Shown: positions 11,111 to 24,500 of the stretch, piece after piece
Numbering within the stretch: position 1 is the stretch's first letter
Layout: each line of letters opens with the position of its first letter
Assembly (NCBI GenBank): GCA_964106915.2
Contig: OZ066922.1
Reading direction: 5' to 3' (one strand)
Origin: Podarcis gaigeae
Taxonomy: Eukaryota
Length of the DNA: 64,000 nt
Notes under the pieces: generated by a model
Told to the model about the DNA's origin: nothing
The model's database searches: none
The model's input: only the letters and a program-made list of their open reading frames with translations
Made by a program: the position numbers and the translations under genes

Positions 11111-14100
11111 AAATGAATCCAGCAGAAAAGGGTGAGGAGGCCACCTTGGACAAGAGGGTGGAGGATTTAATGGCAAGAATGGTTGCAGAATTTTAAGGAG
11201 GGGGTTAGAATAATCCAGCACTTTGGCAAGTCAGAATGCAGGATTGAAAACAGCAAATTACAAGCAAGCAGCATGTGGTCAAACTCGACTTCACTGGCAC
11301 AAGCTGTAGTGATGATCCTCACCTTGGGGGGCTTTAAAAGAGAATTAAGACAAATTAATGGGGGATGAGACTATCGGTGGCTCCTGCCATGACAGCCATG
11401 TTCTGTCTGGGGATGGCCAGCAACTGGCAGCCTCAGGCCCCAAAGGCCTCTGGGAATCCCAAGCAGGGAGCGGCTCCTCCCAGGTCCTGCTTCCTGGAAT
11501 AGGCATTGACAAGCTTGATCCTATACTGTGCAGGACCAGCTATGGAAGGGAGATGCTCTTGCACCATCCACTTGCAGCTGAAATGTGCTCTTTGTGGGGC
11601 TGCCCTTGAAGACTATGCAGAAGACACATATTGTACCAGGACTGGTTGGTGCTGTGCTTGAGGGCCTGAGTCAAAGTGCTTCTGTGGCTTCTGTTTGCTT
11701 TTTAAATATGTTTTTATTAAGATTTTCCAAATGTAATAAGTGTGTGTCTATTTTCAAATCTTCTGTGGCATGCAGAGCCCTCATTGACTTGCCCCCAAAC
11801 ACCTGAAGCAGCAACATCTGTCCAGACCCACCTAGATGTTGGGGTCTGCAGGGAGGCCTTGCTGGCAGCTCCACTGGGGGGGGGTGTATGAGAGAGAGGG
11901 GGGGTCTTCTTCCTGGTGGCCCCTGAGATGGTGGGATGCCCTTCCTGGCATCCAGCAGCACCTGCCCTTATTACTGTATTGATGTCATGTTAGGTAACAA
12001 TGAGCCTTTTGGGGTGAAGGATGAGATCAGAATATCCCTCCTCTCATCATAGTGTTGTTGCTGTTTCTGACTCCTCTTGATTCAGTTCGTTTATGGTCTT
12101 ATAACATTTCTGTCTTGCATAGTTTGCTTCTTGTAATAATGTGTTGTCCGTCATCCACCCTTGGACTGCATGGTGAAGGGCAGGCTGTAAATGCACAGCA
12201 ACATATAAAATCCTGCAGCAAAGCGTTCTGCAAGTGTTGCATCTCTTTGGCTTGATTCTGCCGCTGGTTGTTTTGGCTGTGTTTGCCCAGGGCTGCCATG
12301 AAGAACGCTTGGTTCCCTCTGCGCCTTGCAAGTCCTGCTATGTCCTCTAATTGGTTCCTTCCCAGCAACTGCTCGGGCTTCCTCCTTGAGGACGTTGTGC
12401 AGGTTGTGGTTGCTTGAGTTGCCCTGCATTTTTAGTTATGCTCCTGGAGGCCCTTAGTCCTACTCACTTCATTCCAGACACGAGCCAGGGCAGGGGGCGC
12501 ATCTAGAAACTTTGCATTCCTCCCTACTTTAGTGCAATGCAGGGGGCCCAGGAGAAGGAAGTCTCTTGTTCAAATCTCACTTCTGGCCTGAAGTGACTAA
12601 GTAGCCTCGGGCATCATCATGACTTTCCCGCTTTACCCCAGTGATGGCTAAGTGTGATGATGTACAGGAAGTGCTTAGCACACTCTAAAGCTTTATACCA
12701 ATGCTCAGGGCTGTTACTTATTTTCAACTCACATAAGATGAAGCAGCAAACACAGCTGATGTGATCAGTTCTTGTTTTTCTCTCTGTTCATTAACCTCCT
12801 GGTATCTCAGGGAACAAACAGAGCGGAGGAGAATCCCTCTCCCTTGTTCTGCCAGAGGGCAAGGCAGGTGTGATGGGCCAATGCCCCCCCCTTGCTTCTG
12901 GCTTGGTTTATAAGACCATCAGGAGGACCTGACTGCTGCTGAGTCAGACCACTGGGGGCTTGGCTAGCCAGCCGGTGGGTAGAAGTTCCCGTGCAGGACG
13001 TGAGGGCGATTCCCAGCTTCCTCCCACTGCAGAGGGAGACTTCCTAGCCTAGCTGCTGAGCACTTGCTTCAGGCCCTGCTATACTGGAGAGCTCCAGTTG
13101 GGGACTCCAGGGAGGACCCATTCCCATGGCAGTGCCTAATGCAAGCCCCCCTCCCCCAACAACAGGGAGCACATTTTAAGGCTCCCAGTTCTTCCCTTTA
13201 CTTGCCCCACACCCGACCCCCTGCTGGGAGTCCCCAGTGAATATGTTCAAAAGCGCTGGTCCCATATGGACCTTTGGGGGACTCCACTTTCTACATCCCT
13301 CCTTTTGGAGAATTTATTCCCACGCTCTGCTTCCTGCTTATTAAGCAGTTCCTGGGCTCCCTGGGGCCTCTCCTCTTATTCCTCTGGAGTCTTTGGCAGG
13401 TAGTTGACATTTGAAGTGTGGTGTCTGTTAGATCCGTTCAGTCCATGGCTTGCAGATACTCTTCAGAGAACCCCAAGAACAGCTGGGAGGCAGGAGCTGC
13501 CCTGCCCTGCTTCAGTCCTGCCTGCTCTGCTATCTGCTTGGTCATTGTGTCTCTGACAATATGTTCCACCACTTAAGCTAAGCGGTTAAGCGGTTTGTAA
13601 TTTCCAGGATCCTCCTGGATCTCTTTAAAAACTGGTCTGTGTTGGTCATGTTCCAGTCCTCAGATATGGAGGCTGATCTGAGGGACAAGGGACATTTTTT
13701 TGTTTGTTGACCCGCCATTTCACATTTTTGCTCTTTGAGAACTCTCGGGTGGGCCAGAGGTTTGGGCCAAAGTGTGTGTTCCCTTTTTGCCTCATTTCTC
13801 AGGGAAGCTGCTCTGACTCTGCTCATTCACCATGCTGGCATCCTCTTGGCCTTCCTTGATCTGCAGATATATGGAGATATTAGCTTTCATTATTGTGGCT
13901 TTGAAACACCCCCAGGCATTCCAGAGCGAATGGCCCTTTTTACACCCCCTTTTTAACAGCCCCCTCATTTGGGGAAAGTTTCCTCTTTTGAAGTCAAATG
14001 TTGACCTTATCTCGAATGGGAGAGCACTTGGGTCACTGTTCTCAGTCCATTCAACAACACCTAACATTTCACACCAAGTGCTGGGAACCACTTTGGATTA

Positions 14101-17100
14101 AGCCCAAGATCGCCCTGTCTCTGGTTGCTTCCTTGGCCAGCTATTCTCGCAGACAGTGCTGGTCTAACTGAAATTGCCCATGGCCGCAGCACTTCCTCCT
14201 TGGGAGGCCTCTCTGAGTTCATTCTCCATCTCAAGATCACCCTGGGCGTTTGGGTCCCCAGGACTAAATGTCTTTAGGGCCCCCCACTGTGCAGGCCCTA
14301 CGCTTGACTCCCTGCATGTAGATTGGCATCCTCACATCTGCAGCCAGCCAGCATCCAGGCCAAGCAGCCTGAGGGCCTGCCCCCTTGGCAAGGGCTTGCC
14401 TGGATCAGGGCTGCCCTCCTCCCGAAGCCAGGTCTGGTGGGAGAGCTGAGCCGAGGTGCCCACTGTCCTCCGAAAGGGAACAAGCCTGGCCGGGCTTTGT
14501 GGGCAGTGGGGATAGGCTGCATGCCTGGCAGGGGTGAGGCCTTGCTTCTCTTCAGGGAAGGACTCGGCCGCTTCCCACCCGACTGGGGAGCCTGGCCTGC
14601 CCCCCCCCCCGGCCTCTGGTCACACACGGCCTGCCTTGTCTCTGTGTTGTGCCTGAGGCCCTTAGCCTTGGCCTCCTGCCCCTGGAGCACACTGGGGTGT
14701 TTGTCTGGGGGCTGTGAAGGGGCCGCCCTGCAGCTCAACCCCCGTGGAATGTGGGGCCACATCCAGCTGGGTGCTCAGTAGCTTGCCGGGAAAGGGCAGG
14801 GCTGAGTGCTGGGATTCTGCTGCAAGAGGGCGGAGGCCGGGATCTCTGGGGTGCCCAGCTGGGCCCTCCCCTGGGGCTGCTCCGAAAGGGGCCTGGGCTG
14901 GGGCAGGATGGCTCCCTTACCCTGCCTGATCTGACCACCTCCAGAGTTCCTCCTCTGGGGTGCTGAGGAGACGTGGGGCAGCAGGAGCCTCTGCAGGGAG
15001 GGGCCCCATTGTCTGGGCAGGAGTCACTGTAGCAAGGGCTCTTCTCCTGGTCACTGCCTGGCAGCGTGTTGTGATGGCTGGGGGCCTGTGCCAGGTTTCC
15101 AGGGCTGTGGGTTTAGGCAAGCCACTGAACAGTGCTGCACAGGGAACCGCAAATACCTGCAGAATAAGGAGCCAAAACGGACTGAATTCTGTACATCAAT
15201 AGATTTTAGCAGGGAGGCAAAACCTTTCAGTGTAGGAATGCTGCCTTAAGCCAAGTCTTAGCCAGTGGGGTCCCTGTAGCTCAGCATGGGCAGGCAGCAG
15301 CAGCCCTGCAGGGCCCAGGCAGATGTCTCAACCGACCCTCCTGGCAGCCGCCGATGGTCTTCTCCTGGGCTACAGGGTCTCTGGGTGCTCCTTTCCCATG
15401 GCTTTGGGGTGTGCCCTCCTGTGTAGCTCCCCAGGCCTGCAGTCGGGGGCAGATCCTCCGCCTTCCTCTGCAGTGGCCAGGAGGGTGATGCTCCTTGGCC
15501 AGGTGGGCAGGGACGTTCTTGCCTAGGCGGCATGATGTGGCCTGTGCATCTGACTGTGGCCCGGGGCTAGTTTAAGTGGCGGCTGCCAATCCCTGAGAAG
15601 GGAGGAGCCAGGCGGCAAGAGGCCCCAGGGGTAGGCTGGTTCTCTGGCATCTTCACGGGGCCGCCCAGGTTTTGGGAACAAGCCACCGGCAGATGGGTGG
15701 GGCTGTGGGTGGGGAGTCCCTCTTGGCACTGGGGAGTGCCTGGCACAGGGGGGTGGCATGTATGAGCCCCTGGGCCCCGTTTCCCGTGGTCTAGAGGGGT
15801 GGGGGGCTGGCACTTCTTGCAAGGGAGCTGCTTCCCTTGGCCCCACTCCCTCCAGCTGCCTGACCTACTCTGCAAAGTGGAATGGGGCTGCTTCCTCTCT
15901 GGGGCTGCATGCCCTCCATTGGCCTGCCTGTCGAGCAGACGCAGGATCTCTCCCTCTGGCATCAGCAGGGCAGCCCTGCCGTGAGGAAGGGCCCTTTGCT
16001 GTGAAACGGCCGCCCTGGGGCTGTGGGGCTGCCGCTCTGGGACCGCCAGAGCCCCCAGCCCTGCTTTGCCCCCCCAGCCCTGCTTTGCCCGTTGTGCGGC
16101 ACCTGACTGCTTGCAGCCACGGAGGTTCCTCTTTAATTAGCAGCAGGGATTTCTCCGAGCAAAGCCAGCGGCCGCCTTATCTGCTGCTGGGAACTGCCAT
16201 CACCCACAGAGATCAAGTTCCCACACTCTGGTGGCTTCCCACACAGGCTCTTGCTGGGGGGGGGGGGGTGCTTGGGGGGGGCTCAGTGGTTACTTGAAGG
16301 CTACTGAAATGGCAGACTTGACACTGATTCCTTCCTGGGCGGGGGCAACTCCCTTTGTCTCCAGTGAGTCTTCAGCCCCCCCCAATGCAACCCCCCATGC
16401 TGTTCAGATGGCCCTTCCTGGAGCTGAAGAGCTTTGAGAAGCAGTTGTGGGTGTTGTGGGAAAGGGGCAGGATGGGGGGGACCCAAGGAGAGGGGGGCCC
16501 CACATGCTCTGGGTCCTCTCCTCAGGTGCTTCTGAGACTGGCTGGGGGTGCCAGGCCCCTTGGTTCTGCTTCTGTTGTGGGGGGTGGTGGTCCCCAAGCA
16601 GAGCAGAACAGCTTTTGAGGGACCCTCCTTCCCTCATTGTGAAGCCCCCCAATATCTACTGATTCTTCTTTCCACTTCTTCATTCACCTGCCTGCCTTGC
16701 CTGAGCCCTGATCTCTCACTGGCTCAACCTGGGGATCAGTAGCAGAACCCCCCCCCCCAATGATATGGTTGCAGTGGGGAGGGGGCCCCTTTGCAAGGCA
16801 GACCCCCCCTGCAAAGGGCCTTGACTCAGAACCTGCTTTCTGTGTGGAAGCTTCCAGGTTCAAGCCCCAACTGCTGCCAGTCAGTGTGGGCAGTGCTGAG
16901 CTTGATGGACAACGGGGTCTGACTCAGGCAAAGGCCACTGCCTCCATTTGCCCCGCTTGTGTTGCTGCTGCTTTAAGGGCCGTGATGACAGATGTGCGCA
17001 GAGAGCAGAGCAGGATCCTTGCAGCTACAGCACTCCTTGCAGATGTCCCCCCCTCACTGGTTGAAAACCTCCAGAGGTGGGATGGGGGAGAGTCCACATC

Positions 17101-20100
17101 CCGGACGGGTGGCTCTCCAGTCTCTGCTCTAAATCCTCCACCCTTTGTGGTTCCCAGGCAGAATCTGCTCCTTTGCAAGTGGCTCACCCTTCCTAGTGTT
17201 GGGTCTCAATCCAAACTCTCTCCCTTGTCATTTGAACCCTCAGCAGCAGAAAGCAGATCTGCTCCATCCTCCTGCAAAGTGGCAGCGCTTCCAATGCCCG
17301 CATGTGGCTGTTGTGTCACCCCTTCTTTGGGTGGAGCATCTCTCATAGCTTCCCACCGACAGGATTTTGTCTTCAGCCCCCCATCCTTGCGGCCGTCCTC
17401 TGGACACTTTCCCATTTGTCCAGCCCTAGATATGGCCCTTTAGGTGAGATGGCAAGGCTAAGCGAAAGCGAGTGGGTCCATTAGGACAGGTCTCCGTCAG
17501 GCCTTTGGGCTGCCATATCCCACAGCTGACTCATTCTGTAACGCGTGGTCTCCTCCGAAACCCTGAGTTCCTTTCTATATGACTGGATGACCTTTAAGGT
17601 TCCTCCCAATTCTCTGATTCTATCAGCCAGATGACACCCATCCTGTTTTTTGTGCATCAGCTTATTCTTCCCTGCTTAAGTGCAGAAATTTACATTTAAT
17701 CTCTGTTGAAATTCCTTTTGTTAGTTTTCTCCATCTGTTTCTGTTGACTTCAAACTCCAGCAATGGCTGGACTTCACCATCTCAGGCCTTTTGTAAAGGG
17801 CGGCTGGAGGCAGTGATGGCTACCAGCTTGAATGGCTTTAAATGAGGATTAGACAAATTCATGGCGGAGGAGAGGGCTCTTGGAGGCTCCTAGCCCTGGT
17901 GACTCTCTTCCTCCTCAGCTACCAGGGACAGAATCCAATGAAACTGAATGTTGGAAGATTCAGATAGATAAGAGGAAGGAGGCAGAGGCAGTAATGTCTC
18001 TGAAGGCCAGTTTCTGGAAACCACGGGAGAGACCTCGTTCTCACATCCTGCTTGTGGTTCTCGTCAACTTCGATGGCTTCTGAAAAAAGGCTATTTAACT
18101 CACATGGTAGATTCTGGTGGCAGACGTGGCGTGCAGAGCCCGGATGGAGGTGGGGGCAGGTTGGGAGAGGGGCCCTCCTTCCGTGGGGCAGCATGGCTTG
18201 TGCTGTGGGAGTGGGCTCAAAACAAGGTGTGGAAAGATGGTTTCCTGCCTTGGATGGCCACGTGGGATTATCTGGGCCATGGGCTGGGACATTGAGCCCT
18301 GAGCCAGAAGAATGTGGGCCCAGCCCAAGGCTTTGCTGTCTGAGCCCTAGCCTAGCTACAGAGCCACCGCCGCTCCCTGCAGACCCAGCCATGGGGGACT
18401 TGGCTGTGCCTGGCCACCTTGCATGCCACTCTGGCCACGGCCTGCTGTCACCGCGGAGCATCTGGCCTGGCCGGGGACGATGGTGGCAGCTGCCCCTGCC
18501 TCTCTTCCCCCACTCTCAGCAAGGCGGTTAGTGCAGAAGCCTTTCTGCAGCGCTGCTCTGGCCTCTGGTTGCTCCTTCAGATTTCTGCTCTCAAAAGATG
18601 TGATTGTTTGTGGCTCTCTGCGTGCTTGTGCTCAGACAATGCCTGCCAGGCCAGGCCCTGAGGTGCCAGGCCCCTCACAGGCTGCCCCACCCGCCCTCAG
18701 CCTTGAGCCTCTGTGCGCTGACAAGGAAGCAGTTTGAAAACATACCAGGGCTGGTAGATAAATCGGTATAGCTGCAGCAGGAAGGCAAACGGCATTTCTC
18801 TGCGCTCTGCTTTCTGTCACGGGTCCCGTTGTGCCAGAAGCGGCTTAGTCCTGCTGGCCACATGACCCGGAAAGCTGTCTGTGGACAAACGCCGCTCCCT
18901 CGGCCTGAAAGCGAGATGAGCGCTGCAGCCCCAGAGTCGCCTTTGACTGGACTTAACCATCCAGGGGTCCTTTGCCTTAGATCCTCTGGAGTGGGCCCAC
19001 AGAAGGAGTGCCTGGGGTGGCTGGGGGGGCAGGCCACCCCATTCCCACCAGTTCACTGGCTGCAGCAGCACTGGAACTTGTCAGATGGGGAGGGACAGGC
19101 CTTGTCTGCATCACTTCTGCATGCACACAAACGGGAAGGGAGGGGAGCAGTGGCCTTTGGGGTGCAAGGAAATTGAAGGAAGGTCTGCTTGCTTCCGCTC
19201 AGAAATATTGCAGAGCTGCGCGGGGGTTGACTCTCCTGCGAGGGAAGGACTTTTTTGTTTAGGGAAAAGGCAAGGGAAGTGGGGCATGGAAGAGGTGCAT
19301 AGAGCCAGGCCTGGCCGGGAGAGCATGGGTAGAACAATGTTTTCCTCTCTTTCTCTTAACCCTGGGAGTTCTGGGCATCCGGTGAAGCTGAGGGTTGGGA
19401 GGTTCAGGTCTCCTCTGCAAGTGCCACCAGCTGCCCACCTGGGTGGCAGTCCCTGAAGGCGACTGGCAGGCAGTCTCTGGGCTGCCGCCCTTTTCTGTTG
19501 GCCCTTCCTGCAACGCCCTTCCCCTGCCAAGAGCCTCCTGGGATGTTTGCTGAGAAGTCGGTGGCTGCCAAAGGTCAGCCTAATAATCTTTCTTGGGAGC
19601 TTCCTGCTGGCAGCGCTGCCCCTTTTCTTCCTGCTCCTGAGGGGGGCTGGGAAATGTCCTGATAACTGCCCCTCAACAGCCTTCTCTTTGTTGGGGCTTT
19701 CTCTTTGCCTTTTATAGCAAAATAGGGACCCCATCAGCTGCTATGCGAAAAAGGAAAGGAAAGCAGCAGTTAAAGCACAGCCTGTTGAAAGTGGCTGATT
19801 CTGCAGCAAAAGCCCAGCCCTTCCCCATGAGGCCCCTCTCTCGCTCCCCACTCCAGGGACCCCCACCCCACAGCAAGCAGGAACTTGTGGTGCCCCACAT
19901 CCAGCCAGTCACTGAGAGCCAGGCCCCACAGCAGGAGATGAGGGGATCCTGCAGCCCTTCTCCGGGTGAGAGCAGTGTGGCCAGAGGACTGTCATCTGCT
20001 GGGTCCTCCCTTGGCCTAAGAGGCTGCGGATGAGCTACTCAGGCAACCCTGCAAGTGGTCCAGGACTGGGAGCGTGGCGACTGCCTCTGTGCCCGGGCAG

Positions 20101-21505
20101 CTCTGGACAGCATTGGGTGGGTGCAGCTGGCACAGGCTGTGGCCCCACTCCTTGGAGGGCGAAGGCTGGAGGTGATGCTTGCTGTCACCATTTATTTTAT
20201 TTTATTTTTACTGAATTTTTATACCTCCCTATAGCTGGATGCCTCTGGCAGTTCACAGAAAATATCACAATATATAAAGTCAAAATAAGAACAATAACCC
20301 AGTAACACCCAGTAACATGGGAGGGAGGGTGGCCTTCCTGTCTGAACATGCCCAGTCCCCTCTCTGCCCAGGGCTGCACACAAGCCCTGTGGGGATGGAG
20401 GCTCTGGGGCAATGCCTCCCCAGGACTAAAGGGGGCACTCCTGCCCCCCGACCCCTTCTCCTATGCTGCGTCTTTCAGTGCACTGTGGGGAGGGGGGCAG
20501 AGCTGGCCCCTCCTGGCACTGGCCGGGGCTTGCATGTCTTTGGCTGCTCCCCACCTTTGAATTGCTGCCCCCATGCCTGGCATACGCCCTGGGTGCTGTG
20601 TGCCAGCCAGTCACCCGTGGGTGCTCTCTTTGCAGAGGTGGAGGGTCTGGTGCAGCGATTCTCTCACGAGGCCATTTCCAACTACAGCACCTTCCGGGTG
20701 GATCCCCGATCCCACACGCTCTACGTGGGAGCCAAGGACACCCTCCTCGCTCTGCCTGTGGGCACCATCAGTCAGGGGGCCAAGAAGGTGAGCTGGTTGG
20801 CAGCCGAGTCCCCAGGGATGGTTGGGGGGTCTGAGCCCTGTGGCCCCTGCCCTGCTTTTACCTCTGTCGCTTGAGCAGGGAGCAATTGGGGGGGCAAGGC
20901 GGGGGGTTTTTTTGGTGGGGGGAGGTGTTTCTGCCATCCTGGCCAAGGTGCCTCTCTGCTGGGCCAGGAGCATCAGATGGTGGCCCTGCCTGCCTCCCCC
21001 TTCTTTGGGTGGGGGTCACAAGCCCCGCCACATGGGGCAGGAAGGGTCCTCTTTGCCCCACTCCCCTGGTGGTGGTGGGGGGGGGAGATGGCCACTGGCA
21101 AGCCTTGGGCTTTTCTTTTCCAGATAGCTTGGAATGTGCCTGAGAATCTCCAGATCTCTTGCACCTTGAAAGGGAAAAAAGAGGTAAGTGCTGCTGGGGG
21201 CTTGTGGGGGGGACGACCCTTGGCCTCTTCCTCCTCATCTTCCCGAGGGCTCCGAGTGTTGCTGTGGAGCTGCCCATATCCTGGAGCCCCACAGAGCAAA
21301 AGGCTCCCCTCAGAGCCAGGAGGGTGGGGGGTTGCTGGCCTCTCCCTCGCACTCGGCTGACGGCTGCTTCCCTCTCGCCTCTCAGGCCGAATGCCACAAC
21401 TTCATTCGCATCCTGGAGTTTGCCAACCAGACGCACCTCTTTGTCTGTGGGACCTTCTCCTTCAGCCCCCAATGTGGCTACATTGTGAGTGGCTGCCTGG
21501 CTCAG

Positions 21506-21544
<39 letters not shown>

Positions 21545-24500
21545 TTGCAAGTGCTATCCTTCAACTTGGGGGGGGGGGTCTGTATTGCTTCCACCCTGAC
21601 TGGGACAGATGTCTTTCAGCCTTGGGGAGGGGCAACTCCACAAAATCCCTTGGCACCTGCTGGAGGGTTTCAGAGGGTAGGGGCCCCACACCCCCTTCCA
21701 TGCCATTCACGTGCAGACATGGCTGGGGGGTCCTTCCTCTCTTGCAGAAAGTGAGCGACTTCCGCACTGTGGAGCGGCAGGAGAGCGGGCGGGGGAGGTG
21801 CCCCTTTGAGCCCCTGCAGCCGTCTGCAGCCATCATGGCAGGTATGGGGGGAGGGGCGCATCAAGGGGGGGCTTGTGAGGGTCTGGCAGAACAGTGCAGC
21901 ACCCACAAGCCAGGGGCCACCTCAGGGGCCTCCGTGGGTGGCTGGGGAGTGCCAAGCCCCTTGTTCCTGCTTCTGTTGTGGGGTGGGGGCCAGATCCTTC
22001 CCTGCCCTCGTCCTGATGCCCTTCTGGCTCCTCCTTGCCATGGATGTAGCTGCCCTGGCGTTTGCCCCTCTTGGCTCCTCCCCTTTCGTCTTCAGCCTGG
22101 CTGCTCTGCTGGGGTGCGGCCACTTGCACCCCCATCTATGAAGCCTTGAGGTGGCCCTTCCCGCCCCCCCATGTCCTGCCCTTTCCTGCTATGCCTCTTT
22201 GCCCCCTAGATGGCGTCCTGTACGCAGCCACAGTCAACAACTTCTTGGCCACGGAGCCCATCATCTCCAGAGCCACAGGGAATCCGACAGAGTTCATCCG
22301 AACAGAAAACTCCGTGGCCTGGCTGAATGGTGAGCTGGCGAAGGCAGCGGCTGCTGTGGTTGGGCAGGGTGGTGTCTTGGGATCAGGGCCTGGCGGGGGG
22401 GCTGGAGAAGTCCTTGCATGGAGCTTTGCTTGTTTCTTCCGCTGCCCAGATCCCGAATTTGTGGCCTCGGCTTTTGTGCGGGAGAGTGAGAACGGCGAAG
22501 ATGACAAGATCTACTTCTTCTTCACGGAGACTGCGCGCGAGTATGACTTCTACGAGAAAGTCAAGGTTGCGCGCGTGGCCAGAGTCTGCAAGGTCAGTGC
22601 CCTGATGGGGGGCGGGGGGCTCTGGGGCTGAGGCCTGGTGCCCAGCTGGTTCTCCCTCTTCCCTGGAAGCCCCATGTTCTCCTTATGGGCCTGTGATCCA
22701 CTTCCTGCTTCAGCCGGCCTTCCACTCTTTGCCCCAGCCACCTTGGCTCAGTCCCCCTGCACCATCTCCCCCAACCCAAAAGGTCTGCTGGGGTGGGGGC
22801 TCCTTGCTGTGCCTGCATTGCCCCCTCCATCTCTGCCCACTTGTCTGCAGGGAGACTTGGGAGGCCAGAAGACGCTGCAGAAGAGGTGGACAACCTTCCT
22901 CAAGACGCAGCTGGTCTGCTCAGACCCTCAGAGCGGCACCGTCTTTGGCATCCTGAAGGACGTGGTCACTTTGTCGTCAGACAACTGGAACACCACTGTT
23001 TTCTATGGGGTCTTTGCAGCTCACAGGTGAGGGAGGCGAAACCCATGGCAAGGCCACCTTTGGGGCGGGCAGGGTAGGAGGGAAGGTGCCTCCCTCTGGG
23101 CTGCTCCACCAGGCAGGCTTTTCTCTGCCCAGATGTGGGTGCTCTGTGGGGGGTGAGGCGGCAACATCAACATGGGCTCTTGCTTCTCTCTTGCTGGGAC
23201 ACCTTGTCCTGCCAGCCAGCCTGGGCAGAGGCAGCCAGCACTGAAGAGGGAGGAGCAGGACTTGGCTTGGTCTGTTTCTGGAAGGCGGAAGGAGCGGCAG
23301 GACACCTTTGCAAGGCTTGGCTGCAGGATCAGACCAGAGGGGAAGCCCCAAAGCTTCTTTCCTTGCTCCTTTCCAAGCCATCCCTGCTTGGTGGTTGGGC
23401 TCAGTCTCCACAAATCCTTTCTGGGTTGCATAATGGAGGACTTTGCTCTCGACTTTCCTGGATTCCTTCCCAGCCAGTTTCATTGGGGAAGCCCAGTGGC
23501 AGAATGGCTGGCCTGGCAGGGGGAGCCTGCTTTGCTGGGGGGTGCTGTCTCAGCTGGCAGAGCAGGGCTCCACTCCCCCCGCCCCCCTGAGTGAGGCTGC
23601 CTTGCTGGTGCCTTTCAGGAAGGAGGGGAGTGCCATTTGCGCCTACAGCCTGCAGGATATCCAGAGGGCCATGGCTGGACGCTTCAAGGAGTTCCGGCGC
23701 GACTGCGACAAGTGGACAAGTGTCATGCAGGACGATGTTCCTGACCCACGGCCGGGGGCAGTGAGTGAGGCCCAGGGGGGTGCTGCATTGGGTGCTGGGT
23801 GGCCTGGGTCCCCTGGGCTTGAGCAAAGCCCCCTGATCCTGAGCCCCCCACCCTCTCTTCCCCTCAGTGTGTCACCAAGAGCCTGAAGCTGGAGGGGATC
23901 GGGTCCACGCTGGCCCTCCCAGACCGAGTCCTGACCTTTGTTCGTGACCATCCTCTCATGGACGAGCCTGTCCACCCGCAGCAGGGCTCTCCGCTGCTGG
24001 TCCAGCTGAACACCCAGTACTGCCGGCTGGCTGCCCACCGGGTCAGGGCGCTCTCTGGGCAAGAGTATGATGTCCTGTACCTGGGAACAGGTAAGGTGGT
24101 GGCTGGGCAGCAGGTAGGCATGCCAAGTGGGGAGGCAGGTATCGGAGGGGGCCAGGCTGAACTGCCCTTCTGCTCCCCCAGAGGACGGACACCTGCACAA
24201 GGTGGTCAGGACCAGCCAAGAAACCTCCTGGGTGATAGAGGACCTGGAGCTGTTTGCTGAACCTCAGCCCATCCGCAACCTGCAGCTCCACCAGGTGAGT
24301 GGCTGGTGGGTCTGGCCTGGCTCAGAAGGCTCAAGGGGGACAAGGGCCAATGGGATCTTCTCTCTCTGGCCCTGGGACCCCCATCCAAAAGGGCTGGACT
24401 TGGCCTTCCTTGCCCTCCTTTTGGAGGAAGCGGGGAGCCTGGCTCCTCTTCAGGGTCCAGCCCTTCGTGGCCCCTTCCAGACAGTGGGAAGCTGAACTGG

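Noticed and set aside
9862-11221. Overlapping long ORFs (351-416 aa) on both strands
   Set aside because: CpG-island composition suppresses stop codons; only 10443-10584 (SEMA4F exon 1) has a recognisable product and splice site.
12047-12429. Possible processed pseudogene in SEMA4F intron 1 (short minus-strand ORFs)
   Set aside because: No recognisable homology, poly(A) tail or TSD.
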